Source: Chloroflexota bacterium
GTDB lineage: Bacteria; Chloroflexota; Anaerolineae; B4-G1; SLSP01
Direction: 5' to 3'
NCBI GenBank assembly: GCA_019873725.1
Contig: JAIOAS010000010.1
Coordinates: 7,214-39,213, forward strand
DNA length: 32,000 nucleotides
Shown: one piece after another, positions 18,533 to 26,587 of the stretch
Layout: each line of letters begins with the position of its first letter
Numbering within the stretch: the stretch's first letter is position 1
Position numbers and translations under genes: made by a program
The notes under the pieces: model-generated
Told to the model about the DNA's origin: nothing
Seen by the model: the letters and a program-made list of their open reading frames with translations, nothing else
Database searches by the model: none

Positions 18533-20163
18533 CACGCGCATTTCCGAAATTTGGCTACAATCCCGTCACAGGCGAATGGAATGACAGCCTGACCGGCGAG
18601 TTTCTCTGGTCCAACGTCAATCTCAGTGAGGCCGTGCCGGACGTGATGACGCCCAGCACCTGGTCGCTCTGGTGGATTTTCCACTACGAGACTAACCCCA
18701 TTGTGTTTCCCGGGGACTATCCTTTTTGCGGCAATCTGGCCGGGCGACCCTACTTCAACTTGAGCCTGTTGTTTTCGGTGTATCAGGCCGTTGGCCAAGA
18801 CGCCCGCGGCGAAATGCAGGCGGACATGCTCGGTTACGCCTCCTTAGACTTCGACATTCCGACCCTGCCCTTTTCGGCATTTTTGGTTTACCGGACCGTT
18901 TTGCCGGGCACATTCAGAGCACGCTGGGAGATGAGTCGCTGCCGCAAAGATTTAGCCCGATTTCTGGAAACCACACCGGCATGGTGCCGCGCCACCCGGA
19001 ACAAGGTTGTGAACTGGAAAGACACCGCCAGTCTGCTCGCGGGCTGGAAGGAAACGATCAAACCCGCTGTGGTGCATGGCTGCCAGATGCTACGTTTTGC
19101 GACGGCAGGGCTGGCCCGACCCTCCACCCGGCTTCGCCAGGAATTGTCTGCCCTCATTGGAGTCACCGATGCCAGTATGATCATGTCGAATTTGTCTAAC
19201 TCTGGCAATCTGGCAAGCCTCGGCCCATTACTGGGATTGACGCAGGTAGCAAAAGGCCAACTCAGCCGGGAAGCCTATCTTGAGCGGTATGGACACCGCG
19301 GCCCGCACGAAATGGAGCTGTCCATTCCCGGGGCAGACGACGACCCGGCCTGGCTCGACAAACGGCTTGCGGAGCTAACCCAGTCGCCGGTGGATGTGGA
19401 GGCGCTTCTGGCCAATCAACGCGCCGCGCAAGCTGCCGCATGGACCAGCTTCGAATCCCGCTTTCCTACGAAGGCGCCGGCCATGCGGCGTCGGCTGGAC
19501 GCCATCGCAGCGGCTGCCCAAACCCGTGAGGCAGTACGCTCGGAAGTAACCCGCCTGGGGCGGCTCGTCCGCGCTTTCCTCCTACAGGCCGGCGCTGTGA
19601 CCGCTATGGGCGATGCGGTCTTTTTTCTATCACTCGATGAGCTGGCCGAAGTGCTGGCGGGTGATAAAACGCACTTTTCCCATCTTGATGCCCGCCGCGA
19701 CGCTTACCAGAAATATATAACCTTACCGCCATATCCTGCTATAATTATCGGGCACTTTGACCCCTTCCGATGGGCAGCAGACCCCAACCGGCGGAGCGAT
19801 TTTTACGATGCGCGGCAGACTGAAGCCGTTGTTTTCCCTTCCACCATCAAAGGCTTTGCCGGTGCGGTGGGCTGCGTGGAAGGCGTCGTGCGTCGCATTG
19901 ACCGTGTGGAGGATGGAGAGCAGATTCAGCCGGGGGAGATTCTCGTCACCACCATCACCAACGTCGGATGGACGCCACTCTTCCCGCGCCTTGGTGCCAT
20001 CGTCACCGACGTGGGCGCGCCGCTCTCACACGCCGCCATCGTGGCGCGCGAGTTGGGCATTCCGGCGGTGGTGGGCTGCGGCAACGCCACCATGCTGCTC
20101 AAAACCGGCGACCGCGTCCGCGTGGACGGTGGGAGCGGAACGGTTGAAATTTTGACCAGATAA
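18529..20163 (+). CDS. PEP-utilizing/rifampicin-phosphotransferase-like protein lacking an ATP-grasp domain (middle + swivelling His domain)
   Basis: NDSLTGEFLWSNVNLSEAVPDVMTPSTWSLW; AMGDAVFFLSLDEL; ILVTTITNVGWTPLFPRLGAIVTDVGAPLSHAAIVARELGIPAVVGCGNAT (phosphohistidine domain). No ATP-grasp region seen. Confidence 0.88.
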   Translation: MTRAFPKFGYNPVTGEWNDSLTGEFLWSNVNLSEAVPDVMTPSTWSLWWIFHYETNPIVFPGDYPFCGNLAGRPYFNLSLLFSVYQAVGQDARGEMQADMLGYASLDFDIPTLPFSAFLVYRTVLPGTFRARWEMSRCRKDLARFLETTPAWCRATRNKVVNWKDTASLLAGWKETIKPAVVHGCQMLRFATAGLARPSTRLRQELSALIGVTDASMIMSNLSNSGNLASLGPLLGLTQVAKGQLSREAYLERYGHRGPHEMELSIPGADDDPAWLDKRLAELTQSPVDVEALLANQRAAQAAAWTSFESRFPTKAPAMRRRLDAIAAAAQTREAVRSEVTRLGRLVRAFLLQAGAVTAMGDAVFFLSLDELAEVLAGDKTHFSHLDARRDAYQKYITLPPYPAIIIGHFDPFRWAADPNRRSDFYDARQTEAVVFPSTIKGFAGAVGCVEGVVRRIDRVEDGEQIQPGEILVTTITNVGWTPLFPRLGAIVTDVGAPLSHAAIVARELGIPAVVGCGNATMLLKTGDRVRVDGGSGTVEILTR

Positions 20164-20186
20164 CTGTGATCCAGGGGGGTAACGAC

Positions 20187-21290
20187 ATGAACGAAAAAAT
20201 TCAAGCTCAAGACTTGAGCGCCGTCTCAGAAACCATGCTGGCGACGCTCTACTCGCACGCAGTAGAAAGCCGCCGCCCCGATGCACTGATCCACGACCCA
20301 CGCGCCGAAGAGTTGGTCGCCCGGATAGACTTCGATTTCGCCCGCCATCAGATGGGCGAGGACGACCAGGCGGCAACCTGTGTGCGTCTGCGGCAGTTCG
20401 ACCGTTTCGCCCAGGCGTTCCTGACGGCGCATCCCGATGGCGTCGTCGTCCACATCGGCTGTGGCTTAGACACGCGCTTCGACCGCGTAGATAATGGGCA
20501 GGTGACGTGGTACGACCTCGACCTGCCGCCGGTGATCGAATTGCGTCGCAAACTGCTGGAAGAGACGCCGCGCTACAAGATGATTCCTGCGTCCGCGCAG
20601 GCAGCGTCCGCGCTAGACTTAGCGTGGCTGGATGTGGTGGATGTTTACCCCGGCAAGCCGTTCCTCTTCATTGCCGAGGGTGTCTTTATGTACTTTTCGG
20701 ATGCCGAGATGCGCCGCCTGGTGTTGGCGCTGCGCGAGCGGTTCCCCGGCGCGGAACTGATCTTTGACGTAGCTTCGCCGCTGATCGTGTGGCTGCAAAA
20801 CCTCAGCCTGGCGCGGATGAAGGCCAACTTTCGGATGCGCTGGTCGCTACGACGCTACGACGCGCTGGAGCAGTGGTCGCCCGGCATCCGCCTGTTGGAA
20901 GCGTGGTACTATACGTCGCTCAAAGAATCCATTCCTCGCCTGCAAAAACTCCAAACCCTGTTTCGCCTGTTCCCGCCGCTCGGTAAGGGGATGGTGATTC
21001 TGCGCTATCGTCTGGATCAATCCTTAGTTCAAATGGAGGAACAACCGATGAAAGACAAGTCTGCGGTATGGCGGTACGTGATTGCGGCGCTGGTGGGCGC
21101 GGTGGTAGGCGGATTGGCGGTAGCGCTGGCTGGACGTCTTTTGCCCAAAATGATGGATCGAATGATGGACAGAATGCGATCCGAATTTCCGCGCCAGATG
21201 ATGGCGCGGATGCAAGCCGAAGGGTGCGATCCAATGGAAATGTGCCAGCGGATGATGGCCGAATTCCGCGCACAAGAACAAAGGGAGTGA
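20187..21290 (+). CDS. COG3315-type SAM methyltransferase, copy 3, with C-terminal transmembrane helix and Met-rich tail
   Basis: VVVHIGCGLDTRFDRVDNGQVTWYDLDLPPVIELRRKL; FLFIAEGVFMYFSD; C-terminal YVIAALVGAVVGGLAVALAGRLLPKMMDRMMDRMRSEFPRQMMARMQAEGCDPMEMCQRMMAEFR. Confidence 0.9.
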   Translation: MNEKIQAQDLSAVSETMLATLYSHAVESRRPDALIHDPRAEELVARIDFDFARHQMGEDDQAATCVRLRQFDRFAQAFLTAHPDGVVVHIGCGLDTRFDRVDNGQVTWYDLDLPPVIELRRKLLEETPRYKMIPASAQAASALDLAWLDVVDVYPGKPFLFIAEGVFMYFSDAEMRRLVLALRERFPGAELIFDVASPLIVWLQNLSLARMKANFRMRWSLRRYDALEQWSPGIRLLEAWYYTSLKESIPRLQKLQTLFRLFPPLGKGMVILRYRLDQSLVQMEEQPMKDKSAVWRYVIAALVGAVVGGLAVALAGRLLPKMMDRMMDRMRSEFPRQMMARMQAEGCDPMEMCQRMMAEFRAQEQRE

Positions 21291-21294
21291 GCCG

Positions 21295-22110
21295 ATGGGG
21301 ACAGCTAAGACGGACGTGCAGCAGCTCAACGCCGTCGCCGAGACGTTGCTGCTGCCATTAGCCTACCGCGCCGCCGAAAGTCGCCGCCCCGACGCGCTGG
21401 TCCACGACTCGCGCGCGGCGGAGATTATCGCGCAGTTGAATTACGATTTCTCTAAACTGGAACGACAGCAATTCCAGCAGTTGAACGTCGCCTTGCGCGC
21501 CCGCGAGTTCGACCGCGCCGTGCGCGCATTTTTGGCAGAGCACCCCGACGGCGTGGTGGTGGACATCGGCTGCGGCCTGGATACGCGCTTCGACAGAGTA
21601 GACAACGAGCACGTGACATGGTTCAACCTGGATTTTCCCGAAGTGATAACACTGCGGGAACGCTTCTTCACGCCGCACTCACGCTGCCACTCGCTGGCCT
21701 GCTCCGTGCTGGAACTTGCCTGGATGGACGAGGTGGCACAGCACCCCGGCCCGTACTTCTTTTTAGCGGAAGGCGTATTCCCCTATCTTGCCGAGGACGA
21801 AATCCGCCGGTTGACACAGACGCTGCACGACCGCTTCTCCGGCGCGGAATTGATGTTCGACGCGTTACCGGCCTTGATGACACGGTTGAGCCGCCTGCAC
21901 CCCGCACTGCGCCAGACACGTGCGGCGCACGTCCGCTGGGCCACCAACGACAGTCGCTTGCTGGAAACGTGGGGCGTGGGCCGTCTGCTTTCCGACTGGC
22001 GTTACTACGATCATGACGACGAGCCGCGCCTGGGTTGGTACAAAGTGTTCCGCTACATCCCTTTCCTGCGCGACTTTAGAGTGTTGCGGTATCAACTGGT
22101 AGCTGCATAA
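21295..22110 (+). CDS. COG3315-type SAM methyltransferase, copy 4
   Basis: VVVDIGCGLDTRFDRVDNEHVTWFNLDFPEVITLRERF; YFFLAEGVFPYLAEDEIRRL; C-term FRYIPFLRDFRVLRYQL. Confidence 0.9.
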   Translation: MGTAKTDVQQLNAVAETLLLPLAYRAAESRRPDALVHDSRAAEIIAQLNYDFSKLERQQFQQLNVALRAREFDRAVRAFLAEHPDGVVVDIGCGLDTRFDRVDNEHVTWFNLDFPEVITLRERFFTPHSRCHSLACSVLELAWMDEVAQHPGPYFFLAEGVFPYLAEDEIRRLTQTLHDRFSGAELMFDALPALMTRLSRLHPALRQTRAAHVRWATNDSRLLETWGVGRLLSDWRYYDHDDEPRLGWYKVFRYIPFLRDFRVLRYQLVAA

Positions 22111-22240
22111 GCTGCGCCTGCGTCAAGCGCGCATCGATGATAAGCAGTTGGATGAAAATTCCAACCGCGAATGTCCGCCAATTTCCTGGAAATTCGCGTT
22201 GATTAGCGAGATTAGCGGTTTGTTTTTGGGAGGTGAACTG

Positions 22241-24919
22241 ATGAGCACAGACTATGTGATGTCATTATCCGATCCCCAGGCGACGCTGGCGCTGGCCGGC
22301 GGCAAGGGTGCGTCGCTGGCCCGGTTGGCCGGTGCGGGGCTGCCCGTGCCGGACGGTTTTTGCGTAACCACCGCCGCTTACCAACAATTTGTCACGGAAA
22401 ACGACCTGCAACCGCGCATCCAGGCCGCCTTGCAGACCGCCGATCCCGCTCAACCCGTCACCCTGGAGACCGCCTCAACTGAAATCCGCGCCCTTTTCGC
22501 CACCGCCCTCATCCCCCCCGCCATCGCTGCCGAAATCGAACTAGCCTACACCGCTCTCAACGCGGCATCCTGCATCTTGCCTCCTGCCTCCTGCATCTTG
22601 CCCCCTGCCCCTTGTCCCGTCGCCGTGCGCTCCTCCGCCACCGCCGAAGACCTCCCCGACCTCTCCTTCGCCGGTCAGCAGGAAACCTACCTCAATGTGC
22701 AGGGGATTGAGACCGTGCTGGACGCCATCCAACGCTGTTGGGCCAGCCTGTGGACGGCGCGGGCTATCGGCTACCGAATCCAGCACGGCATCGACCAGGA
22801 AACGGTGAGCCTGGCAGTCGTCGTCCAGCAGCTCGTACCGGCAGAAGCCGCCGGCGTCATGTTCACTGCCAACCCATTTACCGGGCGGCGCGACCAGGTG
22901 ATGATCAGCGCCGCATGGGGGCTGGGCGAATCCGTGGTCGGCGGGACGGTGACGCCCGACATGCTGACGCTGGACAAAGCCACTGGACAAGTGACCGCGC
23001 GCGACACCGCCGACAAACAAGTGATGACCGTGCGCGTGGCAAGCGGCACGACAGAACAGCCGACGCCAGAAGCCTTGCGCCGCGCCCCCGTCCTGGATGA
23101 CGCGCAAGCCGCCGAACTGGCACGGCTGGGCGTCCAGATCGAGGCCCTGTACGGGATGCCCATGGACATCGAATGGGCGTGTATACTCCCCTCTCCCTCT
23201 GGGAGAGGGGCCGGGGGTGAGGGAAGGTTCTTCATCCTCCAGGCGCGGCCCATCACGGCGCTGCCTGCCGCACCCGTCATCTCACCGCCGACCGAGTGGA
23301 AACTACCCAATCCCAAAGCCATCGGCTTTCGCTCCAGCATCATCGAACAACTGCCCGATCCCCTGACGCCCCTGTTCGGCACGCTGGGCCGGCGAGTGAT
23401 CAACACTGGCACAGCGCACCTGTTTAACGACATCTTGAGGTGGGGCATACCGGACGAAATCTATGTGACGGTCAATGACTATGCCTACTTTCAGATGCAT
23501 ATCACCTTCAAATTCTTGTGGCAGATGCTTGGCTTTCTGCGCCCTTCGGCCTGGAAAATCCTGACGCGGAGCGTGGAGCGTTGGCGGGACGAGGCGCATC
23601 CGCACTACGTGGCCGTCATCGAGCGTTGGAAAAGTCGTCCCCCGCGCGATCTGCCTGCCGCCGATCTCTTGACCGCTGCAAGCGAGTTGCTGGCCGAAAT
23701 GGTGAATACCTACACCGTCCTGCAATCGGGCATCGTCGGAATAGCGATGGGCGCGGAGATGGGATTCGCATCGTTTTACGATAAGCTGGTCAAGCGGCGC
23801 ACCGATCCTCCGGCGCTGACCTTCCTGCTGGGCCTCGACAGCCTGCCGATCCTGGCGGAAAAATCGCTCTACGACATCGCGCAGGCATGCCATGAGTCTC
23901 CCGAGCTGGCCGCCTTTATCGAGCGCACGCCTACGGCATCCCTGGCTGCGCTGTTGGCCGGGGCAGACGTCCCGCCGGACGTTCCCGCCGACATCTGGCG
24001 TGAGTGGCAGCAGCGTTTCCGCGCGCACCTGGCGCAATATGGACACACCACCTACGACCTCGACTTCGCCAAGCCGACGCCGGCAGATGATCCCGCACCG
24101 CTTCTGGAAACGGTCAAAATGTACCTCAAAGGTCAGGGAACCAGCCCCTACGAACGCCAACAGACATTGGCAGCGCGGCGTGATGAAGCCATTCAGGACG
24201 TCTCCGGGCGGCTGCGGGGACTGCGCCTGAAATGGTTCCGTAAACTGTTGGGCTGGGCGCACCGCTACGGCCCGATGCGCGAGGACAGCCTGGCCGACCT
24301 GGGTCTGGGCTATCCCCTGCTGCGCCAGATGTTGGGCGAGCTGGGGCGACGTCTGGTCGAGGCCGGGATGCTCGCGCAGGCCGACGACGTTTACTGGTTG
24401 TACGAGCCTGAAGCCGTGCAGGCTGCTGCCGCCCTTGACCACGGCGAGAAGCTGAATCCTATGACCGAGGCGATCGTGCAGCGCAAAGCCGTCTGGCAGG
24501 CTGAAAAGCAGGTCACTCCGCCGGTGGGATTGCCCGTGGGTTCCAGATTTCTGAGACGTGTGGAAAAAATCGGACCGGCGCGCACCGATAGCACAGGAGG
24601 TGCAACCCTCAAAGGCGTAGGCGCCAGCCCAGGGCGCGTCGTGGGCACGGCGCGCGTGCTGCGCGGCCCGGAGGAATTCGGGCAGATGCAACCGGGTGAC
24701 ATCCTGGTGGCAGCGATCACCACGCCGGCGTGGACGCCACTCTTTACGATGGCGGCGGGCATCGTTACCGACGTGGGCGGGCCGTTCAGCCACGGCAGCA
24801 TCGTCGCCCGCGAGTACGGCATCCCGGCGGTGCTCGGCACCGGCGCAGCCACCCGCCGCATCCATAGCGGGCAGACGATTACCGTGGACGGAACGACAGG
24901 GGAGGTCATTCTAGCCTGA
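22241..24919 (+). CDS. Phosphoenolpyruvate synthase / rifampicin-phosphotransferase-like enzyme (ATP-grasp + middle + swivelling domains)
   Basis: LAGGKGASLARLAGAGLPVPDGFCVTT; VAVRSSATAEDLPDLSFAGQQETYLNVQG; VMFTANPFTGRRDQVMISAAWGLGESVVGG; GDILVAAITTPAWTPLFTMAAGIVTDVGGPFSHGSIVAREYGIPAVLGTG. Start at MSTDYV preceded by GGGAGGTGAACTG. Confidence 0.92.
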   Translation: MSTDYVMSLSDPQATLALAGGKGASLARLAGAGLPVPDGFCVTTAAYQQFVTENDLQPRIQAALQTADPAQPVTLETASTEIRALFATALIPPAIAAEIELAYTALNAASCILPPASCILPPAPCPVAVRSSATAEDLPDLSFAGQQETYLNVQGIETVLDAIQRCWASLWTARAIGYRIQHGIDQETVSLAVVVQQLVPAEAAGVMFTANPFTGRRDQVMISAAWGLGESVVGGTVTPDMLTLDKATGQVTARDTADKQVMTVRVASGTTEQPTPEALRRAPVLDDAQAAELARLGVQIEALYGMPMDIEWACILPSPSGRGAGGEGRFFILQARPITALPAAPVISPPTEWKLPNPKAIGFRSSIIEQLPDPLTPLFGTLGRRVINTGTAHLFNDILRWGIPDEIYVTVNDYAYFQMHITFKFLWQMLGFLRPSAWKILTRSVERWRDEAHPHYVAVIERWKSRPPRDLPAADLLTAASELLAEMVNTYTVLQSGIVGIAMGAEMGFASFYDKLVKRRTDPPALTFLLGLDSLPILAEKSLYDIAQACHESPELAAFIERTPTASLAALLAGADVPPDVPADIWREWQQRFRAHLAQYGHTTYDLDFAKPTPADDPAPLLETVKMYLKGQGTSPYERQQTLAARRDEAIQDVSGRLRGLRLKWFRKLLGWAHRYGPMREDSLADLGLGYPLLRQMLGELGRRLVEAGMLAQADDVYWLYEPEAVQAAAALDHGEKLNPMTEAIVQRKAVWQAEKQVTPPVGLPVGSRFLRRVEKIGPARTDSTGGATLKGVGASPGRVVGTARVLRGPEEFGQMQPGDILVAAITTPAWTPLFTMAAGIVTDVGGPFSHGSIVAREYGIPAVLGTGAATRRIHSGQTITVDGTTGEVILA
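23188..23223. repeat. Same palindromic repeat family inside the PEP-synthase-like gene
   Basis: cccctctccctctgggagaggggccgggggtgaggg; encodes LPSPSGRGAGGEG in frame between DIEWA and FFILQARPIT. Confidence 0.85.
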
Positions 24920-24949
24920 ACAGGTTCAGGTTATTTGGGCGCTTGGGTA

Positions 24950-24995
24950 TTGACAAGCGCCCTTTTTGTTGTACAATCTATCGTAAAAATACGAT
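24950..24995 (+). promoter_or_regulatory. Candidate promoter and ArsR-type operator upstream of the arsR-like gene
   Basis: TTGACA (24950-24955), 16-nt spacer, TACAAT (24972-24977), followed by a perfect inverted repeat ATCGTA-AAAA-TACGAT (24980-24995) immediately before the RBS AAAGGAGGG. Confidence 0.65.
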
Positions 24996-25007
24996 AAAGG
25001 AGGGCAG

Positions 25008-25343
25008 ATGACCGAAACAACTTCATGTGCGCTGTGTGCCCCGGCGTGTTGTTCACTGGACATCTCCGGCGACGATCAAAAGCGTCTGGTGGCGATGTTC
25101 AAGGCGCTCGGCAATCCGATCCGCTTCGAGATCATCAAGTTCCTGGCCACCCATCCTGGCTGCATCACCGGCGACATCGTGGATTACCTGCCCATCGCCC
25201 AGGCGACCGTCTCACAGCACCTCAAAGTTCTGCGCGAAGCCGGCTGGATTTCAGGCATCACCGAAGGCCCCGCCCGCTGCTACTGCCTGAACGCCGAAAA
25301 CATCGCATGGTTCCGGGAACAGATTGTGCAGATTATGAGCTGA
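25008..25343 (+). CDS. ArsR-family winged-helix regulator, Cys-rich
   Basis: LVAMFKALGNPIRFEIIKFLATHPGCITGDIVDYLPIAQATVSQHLKVLREAGWISGITEGPARCYCLN; N-terminal TTSCALCAPACC. Confidence 0.92.
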   Translation: MTETTSCALCAPACCSLDISGDDQKRLVAMFKALGNPIRFEIIKFLATHPGCITGDIVDYLPIAQATVSQHLKVLREAGWISGITEGPARCYCLNAENIAWFREQIVQIMS

Positions 25344-25345
25344 TC

Positions 25346-25409
25346 GGTAGACAGTAGACAGCAGACGGTAGACAGGGCCGTCTACTGTGTACTGTTTGCC
25401 GTCTACTGA
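25346..25409. repeat. Short imperfect inverted/direct repeat cluster (GTAGACAGTAGACAG / CTACTGTGTACTG)
   Basis: ggtagacagtagacagcagacggtagacagggccgtctactgtgtactgtttgccgtctact; lies between the arsR-like gene and hgcA. Confidence 0.7.
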
Positions 25410-25424
25410 AATGGAGGATACAAA

Positions 25425-26393
25425 ATGAATACAACACCAGATCTGATGCACACCACCAGCACTTTGACCTTTGCCCATCATTGGGATCATTTTCTGGCGC
25501 GGTGGGGGTACCGGCGCGGCGAGCATCGCGTGACGCCGGGATTGTATGCGCTCGGTCAACCGACGCCGGAGTCGCCGGTTTTCGTGACGGCGAACTACAC
25601 GCTCAGTTTCGATGCGCTACGCTCGTCCCTGCCAGGCGTGGACGGCTACATTCTTGTATTGGACACGCAGGGCGTCAACGTGTGGTGCGCCGCCGGCAAG
25701 GGCACGTTTGGCACGGACGAGATCGTGCGCCGCGTTGAGGCAACGCGGCTATCCGAGGTGGTCAGCCACCGCACGCTGATCCTGCCGCAGTTGGGCGCAC
25801 CCGGCGTCGCTGCGCACGAGGTCAAGCAGCGCACAGGCTTCAAGGTGGAATACGGCCCTGTGCGCGCCGCCGATTTGCCGGAATACCTCAAGACGCATCA
25901 GGCCACGCCGGAGATGCGGCAGGTGCGGTTCCCCTTGCGCGACCGGCTGGTGTTGATCCCTGTGGAATTAGTTCACCTCGCCGGACCCACGGCGTTGGCG
26001 GCGCTCGTGTTGGCCGTCCTGCTGGGGCCATTGGCGGCATCGGGCGCGGTGGCGGCAGTTTTGGCCGGAGCGGCGTTGTTCCCCATCCTGCTCCCCTGGC
26101 TGCCCACCGAGGACTTTAGCAGCAAAGGCTTCATCCTGGGTGGGCTGACCGCGCTGCCGCTTGCGCTGGCGTCCCGGAAGCGTGGCGAGGGACGCGGGTG
26201 GCCACTGGCTTACCTGTTGAGTCTGCCGCCGGTAACCGCCTTCCTCGCGCTCAACTTCACCGGCGCGACGCCGTTCACGTCCAAATCGGGCGTGAAACGC
26301 GAAATGTTCCGGTACATTCGCGTGATGGCGGGGATGTTCGGCGCTGGGGTGTTGTTGGCGCTTGGGCTGCGGTTGACGCGGCGAGCAAAGTAA
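25425..26393 (+). CDS. hgcA: Mercury methylation corrinoid protein HgcA
   Basis: 322 aa with cap-helix motif GVNVWCAAGKGTFGTDE (NVWCAAGK at 25677-25700), downstream LPQLGAPGVAAHEVKQRTGFKVEYGPVRAADLPEYL, and a C-terminal multi-TM region. Directly followed by an hgcB-like ferredoxin. Confidence 0.95.
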   Translation: MNTTPDLMHTTSTLTFAHHWDHFLARWGYRRGEHRVTPGLYALGQPTPESPVFVTANYTLSFDALRSSLPGVDGYILVLDTQGVNVWCAAGKGTFGTDEIVRRVEATRLSEVVSHRTLILPQLGAPGVAAHEVKQRTGFKVEYGPVRAADLPEYLKTHQATPEMRQVRFPLRDRLVLIPVELVHLAGPTALAALVLAVLLGPLAASGAVAAVLAGAALFPILLPWLPTEDFSSKGFILGGLTALPLALASRKRGEGRGWPLAYLLSLPPVTAFLALNFTGATPFTSKSGVKREMFRYIRVMAGMFGAGVLLALGLRLTRRAK

Positions 26394-26417
26394 TCCCATC
26401 GAAGACAAAGATTTTAC

Positions 26418-26467
26418 CACTAATCTTCACGAATTTACACTAATTTTTTCTATTCGTGGAGATTAGT
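26418..26467. repeat. Hairpin-forming intergenic repeat between hgcA and hgcB
   Basis: cactaatcttcacgaat (26418-26434) and attcgtggagattagtg (26451-26467): 17-nt arms with one mismatch, 16-nt loop. Confidence 0.75.
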
Positions 26468-26587
26468 GTCGATCCGTGGTTTATTTTTCGAGGAGTGTAA
26501 CCGAACCTGCGGTACAGCCCCGATAATGAAAATGGGCGCAGGACTATTCGACTAACGACTATCAGACTATTTTCAGAGGAGCAGCAA

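Noticed and set aside
23303-24865. 520-aa minus-strand ORF over the PEP-synthase-like gene
   Set aside because: Shadow ORF; the plus-strand product has clear domains throughout.
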